DNA of 60,252 nt from Clostridiales bacterium (GTDB taxonomy: Bacteria > Bacillota > Dehalobacteriia > UBA7702). The stretch lies in NCBI GenBank assembly GCA_036644995.1, contig JAVXOZ010000011.1:1-60252 (forward strand), given 5' to 3'. Of this stretch, positions 17,548 through 27,692 are shown piece after piece (positions within the stretch are counted from its first letter, which is position 1; every line of letters starts with the position of its first letter). A model generated the notes under the pieces. It searched no databases, had not been told where the DNA came from, and was given only the letters and a program-made list of their open reading frames with translations. Made by a program: the position numbers and the translations under genes.

Positions 17548-18357
17548 TTATATCAATCTGGCAAATAAGCCATGCCTGCCACACCTGCCATCACTTCCTC
17601 GGTAGGAATAAAAAAGCTCTTGATTGCAGCAGGTACACATATTCAAATCAGTAATATTTTCATCTCTCACCCCCAGGGCGGTGAGCAAATCTCTATTGGC
17701 CTTGGCATTATCAAAAAAATACTCACGGGCTTTACCTCTTTTAAACCAAGATTCTGCATTGTTAAAAGTGGTGGTAAATCTACTGTAAAACACCTTGTCC
17801 ACCTCGTAACAACAAACGCCGATGCCGGGACCAAATGCCACAAGGGCATCTTTTGGCTCAGTGCCATAGTTTACATTCATCTCCCTGAGTAGGGAAGCAC
17901 CTATGTTTTGCAAAGTGCCACGCCACCCCGCATGGGCAGTGCCCAAAACCTTATGCTCGGGATCGAATATGGCAATGGGCAAACAATCCGCATAAAAAGT
18001 AGATAAAAACAAGCCCTTGTGAGCGGTGTACATACCATCGGTTTCGGGGAAAGCATGGTTATAGCTCATCAGCCCCGCTCCCCTATCTTTAGGGGTTATA
18101 TGCCGTATTTTTTTACCGTGAACCTGTTGGATAGAAACAAAGTCTGTCATGGGGATATCCAATGCCGCCATAAAAAGGCGGCGATTTTCAGTTACAGCCT
18201 CATCTTCATCTTCAACATGGCGTGCCAAATTCAAGGAATCATAACCTTTTTTTGATACACCCCCAAGGCGACAAGATATATACACCTCGGCACCTAAGGA
18301 TGCCCATTCCGGTATTGTATAATATATTATATTATTTTTTTCTGTTTTTTCCCACAT
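17548..18357 (-). CDS. pgeF: PgeF/YlmD (YfiH) laccase-domain protein
   Basis: SLNLARHVED, QVHG, DG, ADCLPI, HAGWRG, GPGIG.CCYEV, CT.C..FYSYR. Confidence 0.95.
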   Translation of the reverse strand: MWEKTEKNNIIYYTIPEWASLGAEVYISCRLGGVSKKGYDSLNLARHVEDEDEAVTENRRLFMAALDIPMTDFVSIQQVHGKKIRHITPKDRGAGLMSYNHAFPETDGMYTAHKGLFLSTFYADCLPIAIFDPEHKVLGTAHAGWRGTLQNIGASLLREMNVNYGTEPKDALVAFGPGIGVCCYEVDKVFYSRFTTTFNNAESWFKRGKAREYFFDNAKANRDLLTALGVRDENITDLNMCTCCNQELFYSYRGSDGRCGRHGLFARLI

Positions 18358-18544
18358 TTGGCTAACCTCCGAATATACCCATTATACACTGGTGTTTAAT
18401 AAAACACAATGAACGAATAATGGAGAAACAAAAGAAATTCTGCTATTATTAATTGTTTTAAAAGACATTTTAATGGAATTTTAATTTGCACTTTTACCAA
18501 CTATCTTGTAAAATATGAAATAGAAAGAGCAATAAGGAGAATTT

Positions 18545-19087
18545 ATGGCATTTGAATTAGTTTTTTTACAGTGGATACAGGATAATGTGGTTTGCCACTG
18601 GCTAACCACAATTATGCAAATGTTTACAAATTTAGGCAATAGTGCCATAATTTGGATAGTTGCCATTGCAGCCCTGCTTATTTTTAAAAAAACCCGAAAA
18701 TACGGATTCATGGCAGCTTTGGCATTGCTGATAAATTTATTAATATGTAATGCCATTTTAAAGCCGCTGATAGATAGGCCACGACCCTTTACCAAGGTGG
18801 CAATAGATTTATTGGTTGCCCAACCCGGACCGCATTCTTTTCCATCGGGTCACACATCTTCGGCATTTGCCGTTGCCACGGTTATATTTTTTTGGAGCAA
18901 GCCTTGGGGTGTACCTGCACTTTTCATTGGGGCACTAACCGCCTTTTCCAGAATGTATTTCTTTTTACACTACCCCACGGATATTTTAGGCGGCTTAATA
19001 GTGGGTATAGGCTCTGCCTTCATTGCCAAAGCCTTGGTTGAATATTATTCCAAAAACAAACTTGGGTCTACATCGGGCAATGCCTGA
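18545..19087 (+). CDS. PAP2-family phosphatase (undecaprenyl-diphosphatase-like)
   Basis: K..IDRPRP, SFPSGH, SRMYFFLHYPTDILGG. Confidence 0.93.
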   Translation: MAFELVFLQWIQDNVVCHWLTTIMQMFTNLGNSAIIWIVAIAALLIFKKTRKYGFMAALALLINLLICNAILKPLIDRPRPFTKVAIDLLVAQPGPHSFPSGHTSSAFAVATVIFFWSKPWGVPALFIGALTAFSRMYFFLHYPTDILGGLIVGIGSAFIAKALVEYYSKNKLGSTSGNA

Positions 19088-19647
19088 GCCAAATTGGGTA
19101 ATCCTCTTAAGCCATTGTAATTGCAAATGCTAAATTTACCCGTGTTATCGCAAAATACACCCACAATAGCCAGTTTTTCGGCTTTTACCAAATCACGGTA
19201 ACGTTCTAAACCTTGGGAAACTTGGTAATCTATATGTTTCATTATATTATCACGTATTTTTCGGGATTTACCTTGGGCAAAACAAGGCATAATATTGTTA
19301 AACAATTCCTTTGTAAATTCCGTATTGCCCTCACCTTTTAAAGCGGATTTTACAGCGGAGCAATCTTCATGGCCAATGATAATAAGCATAGGTATTGCCA
19401 AATCCTTAATACCATGATCCAAAGAGGCTTCATTACCCTTTAATATGCCGCCGTAGTTGGCAACTATATATATTTTTTCACTGCTGTGTTCCATAAAACG
19501 CAAAGGATAACCACAGCAAAGCACCACAGCCTTGGGTTGGTAATTTACCAATGCGGTCAAATCTTGTTCTCTTTGATTGCTGATAAATGTTCGGTTATTT
19601 TCAATGATATCACAAAGAGATTTTACCGTTTTTTTCATAAATTGCAC
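19045..19647 (-). CDS. beta-carbonic-anhydrase-like protein (divergent)
   Basis: QPKAVVLCC, ASLDHG..L.IP.LIIIGHEDCSAVKSAL (HxxC), LAIVG. Confidence 0.7.
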   Translation of the reverse strand: MQFMKKTVKSLCDIIENNRTFISNQREQDLTALVNYQPKAVVLCCGYPLRFMEHSSEKIYIVANYGGILKGNEASLDHGIKDLAIPMLIIIGHEDCSAVKSALKGEGNTEFTKELFNNIMPCFAQGKSRKIRDNIMKHIDYQVSQGLERYRDLVKAEKLAIVGVFCDNTGKFSICNYNGLRGLPNLAQALPDVDPSLFLE

Positions 19648-19790
19648 CTCTTTAATCTACTTCGGCATAAATACTGAAGTTTCCTGCAAAATATGATAAA
19701 ATATTACATAAAAATCTTAAAAAAATACAACGCTGAAAATACAAAAGTTATTTTCACTTATTTCACTTATATTATAGCATCGGAGATGAA

Positions 19791-20720
19791 ATGTACGGAT
19801 ATATTCGCTTTTACGGCGATGAACTCAAAGTTAAAGATTTAAAGCTATTTAAAGCCTATTACTGCGGATTATGCCGTGAATTAAAGGAATCCTACGGGCA
19901 ACGAAGTCGCCTGCTTTTAAGTTACGATATGACCTTTATGGCAATTTTTCTTGATGCCCTAAAGGATGAAAAAAATCAAACGGAATTGGGGTTTTGCCCC
20001 ACCTCACCTCTGAAAAAAAAGCCCATGATAATATCCAAAGACAGCCTGAGTAAAGCTGCAATGCTCACGGTTTTAATGGGCTATTACAAAATGGAAGATG
20101 CTTGGCAGGACGATAAAAATATCGGGGCAAAGCTGGCAGCATCAATCTACAAAAAGCCCTTTCAAAAAAGTCGGCAAAAAGATAGGGAAATGGCGGCAAA
20201 AACCGAAAGCTATTTAAAGGAATTTTATTTGGGGGAGCAGAATACTAATATAGATTTAGATACCTTGGTTGACCCCTTTGCTACATTGGTAGCGGAAATA
20301 ATGGCGGCAAATGCTCCTGAAGATAAAAAATCCGATTTTCACAAAATGGGTTATCACGCAGGTCGCTGGCTCTATTTTATAGATGCCTTGGACGATTTGC
20401 CCCAAGATGTGGCAGAGAAAAAATTTAATGCCTTCACCCACACCTTAAAATACCACTATGGCACTTGGCAGGATTTTTATAAACAGGCACATGAGGATAT
20501 CCACGCCAATATATTCTTTTCCTTGGATGAACTCACCAAGGTATATTTAACCTTAAATATAAAAAACAATAAAGATTTAATTGAAAACATATTCTTTTTG
20601 GGAATCAGAGGTATCAGCGAATTGATTTTTGCCCGCCGCAACAGCGGTAATGCAGAAAAATTTGCTGTACCCTTTAAAATAAAAACCTCTTGTTCTCAGG
20701 ATGCTACGATAAAGGAGTAA
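19791..20720 (+). CDS. DUF5685-family protein
   Basis: MYGYI..ELKVKD...KAYYCGLC..L...YG..RLLLSYDMTF, GRWLYFIDALDD. Confidence 0.85.
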   Translation: MYGYIRFYGDELKVKDLKLFKAYYCGLCRELKESYGQRSRLLLSYDMTFMAIFLDALKDEKNQTELGFCPTSPLKKKPMIISKDSLSKAAMLTVLMGYYKMEDAWQDDKNIGAKLAASIYKKPFQKSRQKDREMAAKTESYLKEFYLGEQNTNIDLDTLVDPFATLVAEIMAANAPEDKKSDFHKMGYHAGRWLYFIDALDDLPQDVAEKKFNAFTHTLKYHYGTWQDFYKQAHEDIHANIFFSLDELTKVYLTLNIKNNKDLIENIFFLGIRGISELIFARRNSGNAEKFAVPFKIKTSCSQDATIKE

Positions 20721-20722
20721 AA

Positions 20723-21130
20723 ATGGAAATGGCAGTTAATAGCGGTAATTTTGCAGGGAGCAGCAATATTAAAGACCAAATAAGAAAAAATATCCAAAGA
20801 AATCTCTTGGATGAGGCATTAACCTTGGTTAATGAATTAAACGAACAAGACCCCGATTTTTACTATTTTCAAGGCTGGATATTTGCGGAAAAAGGCTGGA
20901 CTCAAAGGGCACGGGATTACGCTAAAATAGCTACCCAAATGAACCCCAACAATAACGAATATCAAATGCTCTGGAACCGATTAAACAACGATGCGGGTCA
21001 AACCTATAAAGCCCAATCGGAAAGACGTGGGTTTATGCCCCAGTGTAGCTGCTGCGAAATGGCAAGCTGCTTGGTTTGCAGCGACTGTTGTTGCGAAAGT
21101 ATGGGCGGCGACCTTATATCCTGCTGCTAA
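20723..21130 (+). CDS. TPR protein with Cys-rich C-terminal tail (J-domain-less relative of DUF5685-linked DnaJ proteins)
   Basis: YYFQG.IF..KGW..A....A..MNPNN.EY TPR; CCEMASCLVCSDCCCESMGGDLISCC; AAGGAG RBS before ATG 20723. Confidence 0.8.
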   Translation: MEMAVNSGNFAGSSNIKDQIRKNIQRNLLDEALTLVNELNEQDPDFYYFQGWIFAEKGWTQRARDYAKIATQMNPNNNEYQMLWNRLNNDAGQTYKAQSERRGFMPQCSCCEMASCLVCSDCCCESMGGDLISCC

Positions 21131-21141
21131 AGGAAGAAAAT

Positions 21142-21666
21142 ATGGAAAAAAACAGAACATTGGCTCTGGCAGGGATTATGACGGCATTCACCGTGATTAT
21201 CCTGTTTTTTGCCATGGTTATACCCAATTTAAAACTGGTGCTTTACGGTCTATCCTCTTTACCCATAGCGGTAATATTAATTGAGTGCGATAAAAAAACC
21301 GCAGGGCTATTTTTTACAGCCACAGCGGTTTTGGCACTGATTTTAATTCCGGATAAAACTGCGGTTTTACCCTATGTGGTGGTTTTGGGATTTTATGGTT
21401 TTATTAAAGCCATAGCAGAAAAATTTACCAATAATATAGTGGAATGGGCAATTAAGATAATATATTTCAACGCAACATTAGCAATATATCTATGGTTGGT
21501 ACTTGCAATTTTCTTGCCAAATATTGTTTTACCCATACCTCTTTGGGTACTGATTATCGGCGCTGAAGTGGGCTTTGTTATCTACGATTTTATTTACTCC
21601 GCTTGTATATGGTACTATGAAAAGCAAATTAGACCTAAGATAAAAACCTTAAACAGCTTTCGCTAA
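21142..21666 (+). CDS. integral membrane protein (DUF2232/ECF S-component-like)
   Basis: about 5-6 hydrophobic segments; LALAGIMTA, LILIPDK, YGFIKA.AE, VIYD; RBS before ATG 21142. Confidence 0.75.
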   Translation: MEKNRTLALAGIMTAFTVIILFFAMVIPNLKLVLYGLSSLPIAVILIECDKKTAGLFFTATAVLALILIPDKTAVLPYVVVLGFYGFIKAIAEKFTNNIVEWAIKIIYFNATLAIYLWLVLAIFLPNIVLPIPLWVLIIGAEVGFVIYDFIYSACIWYYEKQIRPKIKTLNSFR

Positions 21667-21912
21667 AATGATAATATATTCTCTTTACAAATTTTTATTT
21701 CAGGAATATACTTATATAAAGTAATAGATACTAATATTCTTAAGATAAAATCTAAAAATGGACAAACTTGAAAAGTCTTTGTGGCTCTTGTGTATTAAAA
21801 CATATTTAGCCCCTAACTTATCACCTTTTCTGTTTTTGGGTCTTTATTAGAATATCACAAAATCTATTATTAAAATTAATTTTTTTATGAAAAACAAGGA
21901 GGAAAAAATAAA

Positions 21913-22152
21913 TTGATAACTAAAGATATGAGCATTGGCGAAATAGTGGAAAAATGGCCTACCACCGTGGATGTTTTTAAACAACATGGCATGGGCTGCT
22001 TGGGCTGTGCCATTGCCCACTTTGAATCCGTGGGAGAAGGTGCCATGGCACACGGCATTGATATTGATGCACTTTTGTGCGATTTATCCATGGCTGCCAC
22101 CAGATACAATCCCGATGAAGGCAAATGCCAATGCGGTTGCGGCAAACACTAA
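21913..22152 (+). CDS. DUF1858 (hybrid-cluster-protein-associated redox disulfide domain) protein
   Basis: ITKDMSIGEIVEKWP..VF..HGMGCLGC..A.FES..EGA..HGID; AGGAGG RBS, TTG start. Confidence 0.9.
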   Translation: MITKDMSIGEIVEKWPTTVDVFKQHGMGCLGCAIAHFESVGEGAMAHGIDIDALLCDLSMAATRYNPDEGKCQCGCGKH

Positions 22153-22167
22153 ATAAATAGGACACCT

Positions 22168-22210
22168 AAGCCCAAAAGGATGCAAGCTTTATTGTATGCC
22201 TTTTGGGTTT
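22168..22210 (+). terminator. intrinsic terminator
   Basis: AAGCCCAAAAGG / CCTTTTGGGTTT. Confidence 0.65.
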
Positions 22211-22290
22211 ACTATAATTTTTTGGTTTTACACTATATTTTTTGGTTTCACATTGTAGGAGAATTTTAGAATTTATAAAGGAGGATTAAA

Positions 22291-22509
22291 ATGGCAGCGT
22301 TTCAAAAAGAGATTAATTTGGAATTGTGCAAAGGATGTGGTATCTGCATAGACATTTGCCCAAAAAATGTTTACGATAGAGATGCCTTGGGTAAACCCAT
22401 TATGGAACGGAACGAAAATTGCATTTATTGCAAGCAATGTTTATTCCATTGCCCGGATTTTGCCATTGAATTTATCGAAGTGAAAGAAGGTGACACTTGT
22501 GGCAAATAA
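22291..22509 (+). CDS. korD: 2-oxoacid:ferredoxin oxidoreductase delta subunit (2x[4Fe-4S])
   Basis: CKGCGICIDICP and CIYCKQCLFHCPDFAI. Confidence 0.9.
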   Translation: MAAFQKEINLELCKGCGICIDICPKNVYDRDALGKPIMERNENCIYCKQCLFHCPDFAIEFIEVKEGDTCGK

Positions 22510-23635
22510 TTTAAAACTTTTACAGGGTAATGAGGCTTGTGCCCTTGGTGCTATCCATGCAGGTGTACGTTTTTATGCAGGTTATCCCATTACCCCCTCC
22601 ACAGAAATAGCCGAGCTAATGGCGGAAGAATTGCCTAAATACGGCGGCAAATTCATTCAAATGGAAGATGAAATTGCAGGTATGGCTGCGGTTATTGGTG
22701 CAAGTTTAACAGGGGTTAAATCTCTCACAGCCACTTCAGGACCGGGGTTTTCTCTCAAACAAGAAAACATTGGCTATGCCGCCATCACAGAAGTACCCTG
22801 CGTTATTGTTAATGTTCAACGTGGTGGCCCCTCCACAGGTTTACCCACCAGCCCTGCCCAAGGCGAAATATACCAAACCAAATACGGCACCCATGGGGAC
22901 CGTGGCGCCATTGTTTTAACACCCGGTAGCGTACCGGAATGCTTTGCTTTGGCTGCTCGTGCAGTTAACTTATCGGAAAAATATATGACTCCGGTAATCC
23001 TCCTCACCGATGAAGTGGTAGGACATATGCGTGAAGCCATAGATTTAGATGAATTGCGTAAAATAGAAGTTTACGATAGAAAAAAACCCGAAAATACTCC
23101 CGAAGAATACGCACCCTATGCCCCTGATGAAAATGGTGCACCTATTTTAGCACCCTTTGGCACAGGTTACCGCTACCACGTTACAGGGCTAACCCACGAC
23201 CAATCGGGTTTCCCCACCATGGTACCGAGTAAGGTTGAAGCTGCAAATTGGCGTTTAATCAATAAAATTGAGGACAACAAAGATGACATCATCCAATGGG
23301 AAGAAATATACACCGAAGATGCCGAATCTTTGATATTAGCCTATGGCGGTGCTGCCCGTGCCGCCCGTGAAGCCGTGGAACAGCTCCGTGCCCAAGGTAA
23401 AAAAGTTGGACTGTTTCGCCCCATTTCCATCTGGCCTTTCCCCGAATCTGCCCTAAAAGCCTTATTACCCCAAATTCACAGCATTTTGGTAACGGAAATG
23501 AATGCAGGCCAGCTTGGTCAAGAGGTGGAAAGAGTTGTGGGAGGTAAAGCTCAGGTAAAGGGTCTTTACGTTATAGATGGTGAAATCATGACTCCCCAAG
23601 AAATCATAGAAGCATGGCAGGGGGTGGAAAAATGA
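22499..23635 (+). CDS. korA: 2-oxoacid:ferredoxin oxidoreductase alpha subunit (KOR type)
   Basis: GNEA, AGYPITPSTE, QMEDEIA, TATSGPGFSLKQE, QRGGPSTGLPT. Confidence 0.93.
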   Translation: MANNLKLLQGNEACALGAIHAGVRFYAGYPITPSTEIAELMAEELPKYGGKFIQMEDEIAGMAAVIGASLTGVKSLTATSGPGFSLKQENIGYAAITEVPCVIVNVQRGGPSTGLPTSPAQGEIYQTKYGTHGDRGAIVLTPGSVPECFALAARAVNLSEKYMTPVILLTDEVVGHMREAIDLDELRKIEVYDRKKPENTPEEYAPYAPDENGAPILAPFGTGYRYHVTGLTHDQSGFPTMVPSKVEAANWRLINKIEDNKDDIIQWEEIYTEDAESLILAYGGAARAAREAVEQLRAQGKKVGLFRPISIWPFPESALKALLPQIHSILVTEMNAGQLGQEVERVVGGKAQVKGLYVIDGEIMTPQEIIEAWQGVEK

Positions 23636-24447
23636 GTAAAGAATATTTAAGAAATGAACAACTACCCCACATCTGGTGTCCCGGGTGCGGCAACGGCATA
23701 GTTTTAAGTGCCTTTGAAAGAGCCTTGGAAAAAGCAGGGGTAGATAAGGATAAAACCATTATAATTTCAGGCATAGGCTGTTCCTCCAGAATGCCAACTT
23801 ACATGGACTTTAACACACTACACACCACCCACGGCAGGGCTTTGGGCTTTGCCACAGGTGTTAAATTGGCAAACCCTGAATTGGAAGTTTTTGTAATCAT
23901 GGGTGATGGGGATGCCACCGCCATCGGGGGCAACCATTTAATCCATGCTGCCCGCCGCAACATCGGCTTAAATGCCATAGTGGTAAACAACAATATCTAT
24001 GGTATGACAGGGGGGCAATATTCCCCACTTACACCCACAGGGATGAAGGCCACCACCGCACCATATGGCATGGTGGAAAGAAACTTTGACCTTTGCGATT
24101 TAGCCAAATCCGCAGGTGCTACCTATGTGGCAAGGGGCACTGTTTACCATGCCAAGCAACTCACAGATTTAATTTTGGAATCCATGGAAAACAAAGGCTT
24201 TTCCTTGGTGGAAGCAGTTTCCACCTGCCCCATCAGCTTTGGTCGCCGCAATAAAATCCGTGGCAATTATGAACTTATCGAATGGGTAAAAAATCAGTGC
24301 GTTAATGTAAAAGCAGCTGATAAAATGAGTCCCGAAGAACTGGAAAACAAAATTTTAATCGGCAAATTACATCACGCCCCGGTGGAAGAATATACCAAAA
24401 GCTATGATAAAATCATAGAAATAGCCAAGAGGGAGGAAAAAAGATGA
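23632..24447 (+). CDS. korB: 2-oxoacid:ferredoxin oxidoreductase beta subunit (TPP-binding)
   Basis: WCPGCG, SGIGC, HGRA, GDGD..AIGGNH, NNNIYGMTGGQ.SP. Confidence 0.93.
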   Translation: MSKEYLRNEQLPHIWCPGCGNGIVLSAFERALEKAGVDKDKTIIISGIGCSSRMPTYMDFNTLHTTHGRALGFATGVKLANPELEVFVIMGDGDATAIGGNHLIHAARRNIGLNAIVVNNNIYGMTGGQYSPLTPTGMKATTAPYGMVERNFDLCDLAKSAGATYVARGTVYHAKQLTDLILESMENKGFSLVEAVSTCPISFGRRNKIRGNYELIEWVKNQCVNVKAADKMSPEELENKILIGKLHHAPVEEYTKSYDKIIEIAKREEKR

Positions 24448-24971
24448 AAACCAATATTCGCCTGACAGGAACAGGAGGTCAAGGTTTAATTTTAGCAGGA
24501 ATCATCTTGGCTGAAGCTGCTCTTTTAGAAGGAAAAAATGCCATACAGAGCCAAAGCTACGGACCAGAAGCCCGTGGCGGTGCCTCTAAAGCCGAGGTTA
24601 TAGTGGCTGATGAACCCATACATTACCCCAAGGTTTTAGAATCCGATTATTTACTTGCCATGAGTGAAAAAGCATACGTAAAATACAACAGCGGTATGAA
24701 GGAAAACTCCATACTCATCATAGATACCACCTTTGTGGCGGAACGCCCCAACGAAAAAGCAGGAAAAATCATCGCCATACCCATAACCAAATTGGCAAAA
24801 GAAGCCACAGGCAGAGAAATGACCGCCAATATTGCGGCTTTGGGCATTTTGGCAGGCTTGGGCATAGTAAGTGAAAAACACTTGAAAGAGGCAATTTTAG
24901 CAAGAGTACCCAAAGGCACCGAAGAACTCAATATGAAAGCCTTTGAAGTGGGAAAAGCCAGCATAAAATAA
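24444..24971 (+). CDS. korC: 2-oxoacid:ferredoxin oxidoreductase gamma subunit
   Basis: G.GGQG, QSYGPEARGGAS. Confidence 0.92.
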   Translation: MKTNIRLTGTGGQGLILAGIILAEAALLEGKNAIQSQSYGPEARGGASKAEVIVADEPIHYPKVLESDYLLAMSEKAYVKYNSGMKENSILIIDTTFVAERPNEKAGKIIAIPITKLAKEATGREMTANIAALGILAGLGIVSEKHLKEAILARVPKGTEELNMKAFEVGKASIK

Positions 24972-25062
24972 TAAATGCCAAATTACAAACCCAGTGGTTT
25001 TTGCTCCTTGAAAATAGCTAAAATATGCTAAGCCGTAATTACCCATATAATTAACAAAAAAT

Positions 25063-25110
25063 AAAACCGAGATGCTACATACAATTAAGTATGTCAACAT
25101 CTCGGTTTTT
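25063..25110. terminator. intrinsic terminator after kor operon
   Basis: AAAACCGAGATG / CATCTCGGTTTTT. Confidence 0.75.
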
Positions 25111-25146
25111 AATATTTTCACAGGTAATATATTTTGTTTTAAGCAC

Positions 25147-25198
25147 AATACTTGATTCAAATACTTGATTCAAATACTTGATTCAAATACTTGATTGA
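25147..25198. repeat. tandem 13-bp repeat AATACTTGATTCA x4
   Basis: read directly. Confidence 0.9.
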
Positions 25199-25385
25199 AT
25201 CAAATTAAACCCGTTTTCCCTATTTTAGGCTTTGCTATTGTAGGCCTTAGAGATAAAAACCAACAGAAAAAACCAATTATCATAAGATATTAGGAACTGC
25301 AAATCCACAAATAGCAAATTTACCCAGGGTAAAACTTTACTCATAAACTCAACGAAGCCATAAAACAAGCAGATTATTATGTGCT

Positions 25386-25435
25386 TCCTTGATACTGCTT
25401 AAAACTCCTTGATACTGCTTAAAACTGCTTAAAAC
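25386..25435. repeat. tandem 20-bp repeat TCCTTGATACTGCTTAAAAC x2 plus half copy
   Basis: read directly. Confidence 0.85.
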
Positions 25436-25438
25436 TAT

Positions 25439-26614
25439 TTAAAATCTAATTTTATTTTCTTCCGATGCGTAATCATCGGTTTTGGTTGAAAGTCCTTTAT
25501 CCTTAAGTTTTTTATTGGTTCTCATACGCAATACCGTATAGATAATTGCAAACACAGGAACACCCACCAGCATACCCACAAATCCGAATAAACTGCCGCT
25601 TATCACAATGGAAAACACAATCCAAATTGCAGAAATACCAATGGAAAGCCCTAATATCTTAGGACCGATAACATTGCCATCCAACTGCTGTAAAACCAAG
25701 ATGAAAAGTGGGAACCATAATGCTTTGGTAGGATCCGCAATAAGTAAAATAAAGAAAGAGGGAATCGCCCCAAAAAACGGGCCAAAAAATGGGATAATAT
25801 TGGTAACACCCACAATAACAGAAATAAGCAAAGCAAAAGGAAATTTGAAAATGGATAAAAACACAAAGCAGATTATGCCAATAATCAAGGAATCCAAAAG
25901 CTTACCACAAATAAAATTACTGAAGGTGCTGTTGGTCATAGCGGTAAAACTTAGGATAGAATTAACTTTTTCCGTTTTGCAATTAGCATACAAAAGTTTT
26001 TTAATCTGGGCAAAAAACTTTTCTTTGGTACCAATAAAATAGATAGAAACGATAACTGCTATGATAATATTAAGCAATACCTTGGATAAGGCAGTGGTAA
26101 TATTAACCGTATATGGCACAATCCATGAAATAAAATCAGGAATGCCTTTTTCAAAATAGAGTAAGGTTTGGTTCAACCATTGCTGCACTCCGGATTGCCA
26201 ACCATATTTCACGGAAATTTCATTAACCACAGTTAAAAGATTTTCAATATAATCCGGCACATTGGTAATCAACACAGTTATACTTTTTAAAGTTTGCGGC
26301 ACCAACATGAAAAGGAATAGTCCCAAAATAATAATGGCTAAAGTGTAACCTGCTATCATAGCAAAAATTCTTTGCATCTTAGGATTTTTTAATTTAAAAA
26401 AGACTCTTTTTTCTAAGCTAACCACAAAAAAATTAATTAAATAGGCTATAATAAAACCTAAAATAAATGGCTGGAAAATAGAAAAAAACCAAGAAAGCAT
26501 TGATAAAAAATCATCAAATCGCAGTAACGTAAAGTATAGCAAAACCCCACTAATCACCACAATAAGTGCGGATATCGTTTTGGAAGTAAAGTATTTATTC
26601 CAGTCTATTTTCAT
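25439..26614 (-). CDS. AI-2E family transporter
   Basis: PFILGFIIAYL, GKLLDSLIIG, GVTNIIPFFGPF.GAIP, QQLDGNVIGPKILG; start moved to ATG 26614 by RBS. Confidence 0.93.
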   Translation of the reverse strand: MKIDWNKYFTSKTISALIVVISGVLLYFTLLRFDDFLSMLSWFFSIFQPFILGFIIAYLINFFVVSLEKRVFFKLKNPKMQRIFAMIAGYTLAIIILGLFLFMLVPQTLKSITVLITNVPDYIENLLTVVNEISVKYGWQSGVQQWLNQTLLYFEKGIPDFISWIVPYTVNITTALSKVLLNIIIAVIVSIYFIGTKEKFFAQIKKLLYANCKTEKVNSILSFTAMTNSTFSNFICGKLLDSLIIGIICFVFLSIFKFPFALLISVIVGVTNIIPFFGPFFGAIPSFFILLIADPTKALWFPLFILVLQQLDGNVIGPKILGLSIGISAIWIVFSIVISGSLFGFVGMLVGVPVFAIIYTVLRMRTNKKLKDKGLSTKTDDYASEENKIRF

Positions 26615-26749
26615 AATCCAACCTCTAAATTCATTCATTGTCCTTATTTTAATTATACAATGAATCGCAAAAATAGTCTATGTTTAATATTGGAATTACT
26701 AAAAAAATATGCTATAATTATAGATAAATTATAATTCGGGGAGATAAAA

Positions 26750-27682
26750 ATGGCAGACTTTACAACACATCATATTCTTGGGCAACAAGTTCTGGCGGCA
26801 ACAACAGCATCCATAGCCAATATTATTGAAAATAACATTGGCACTTTTTGTTGGGGATTGCAAGGGCCGGATTTATTATATTTTCACCGTGCAGTGGTGG
26901 TGGGCAGCCCCTTACCATCCTATGGTAGAATGATTCACGGGGAAAAAACTGCGGATTTATTTAATTTTTTAGCCAACGATATTATCAGCCACCGAAAATG
27001 CTTAGATTTTGAAAATCTTTTAAGCTATTATTTCGGCTTTTGCTGCCACTATGCTCTGGATAGCAAAATTCACCCCTATGTTTTTTCAAAACAATACGAC
27101 TTAGAAGCAGCTTTAGGCCATGCCCCCACAGATAACAGTGCACATTGGCACATGGAAAGCGGCATAGATGAGGCTATATATCCTTTGGTTTACGATGAAA
27201 AAATATCCGAATTTAATGTGCGGGATTATTACCAAATAACCAAAGATGAAAAACGCTCTGTTGCAGGTCTTTACAGCAGAATATTGTGGAATGTGTACGG
27301 ACTCCGAGTCCAAGCACGGGATATTGAAACTTGCTTTGTGGATGGCATTTGGATAAACCAATTACTTTATGATAAAAAAGGAACCATGAAACCCTTGGCT
27401 ATAATGCTCCAAAATGTTTTAAAATTAAACAAGCAATTCAAAGGGCACTTTAAAAGTGCTGCACCCGTGGGTGAGGACTTTCTTAATTTAACCAAAAAAC
27501 CATGGTACCACTATGGTGAAGGAGTTACCAAAACTGATAGCGTAATAGACATTATGGAAGCAGCCAAAAACACCGCCTTGGAGCTTTTAACAGTGAGTGA
27601 AAAAGCCATACACTGCGGTAATCGCCACTTAATTACAGATTTAGATTTCAGCCGCTCCTTTGTGGACGGTAAAAGAAAATAG
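26750..27682 (+). CDS. zinc-dependent phospholipase C family protein
   Basis: N-terminal TTHH, GLQGPDLLYF, GFCCHYALDSKIHPYV, H..ME..ID. Confidence 0.85.
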   Translation: MADFTTHHILGQQVLAATTASIANIIENNIGTFCWGLQGPDLLYFHRAVVVGSPLPSYGRMIHGEKTADLFNFLANDIISHRKCLDFENLLSYYFGFCCHYALDSKIHPYVFSKQYDLEAALGHAPTDNSAHWHMESGIDEAIYPLVYDEKISEFNVRDYYQITKDEKRSVAGLYSRILWNVYGLRVQARDIETCFVDGIWINQLLYDKKGTMKPLAIMLQNVLKLNKQFKGHFKSAAPVGEDFLNLTKKPWYHYGEGVTKTDSVIDIMEAAKNTALELLTVSEKAIHCGNRHLITDLDFSRSFVDGKRK

Positions 27683-27692
27683 GAGGATGAAA

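Noticed and set aside
18481..18795. Antisense ORFs inside long genes (this one and many others in the track)
   Set aside because: Fully overlap well-supported genes on the opposite strand with no motifs or RBS
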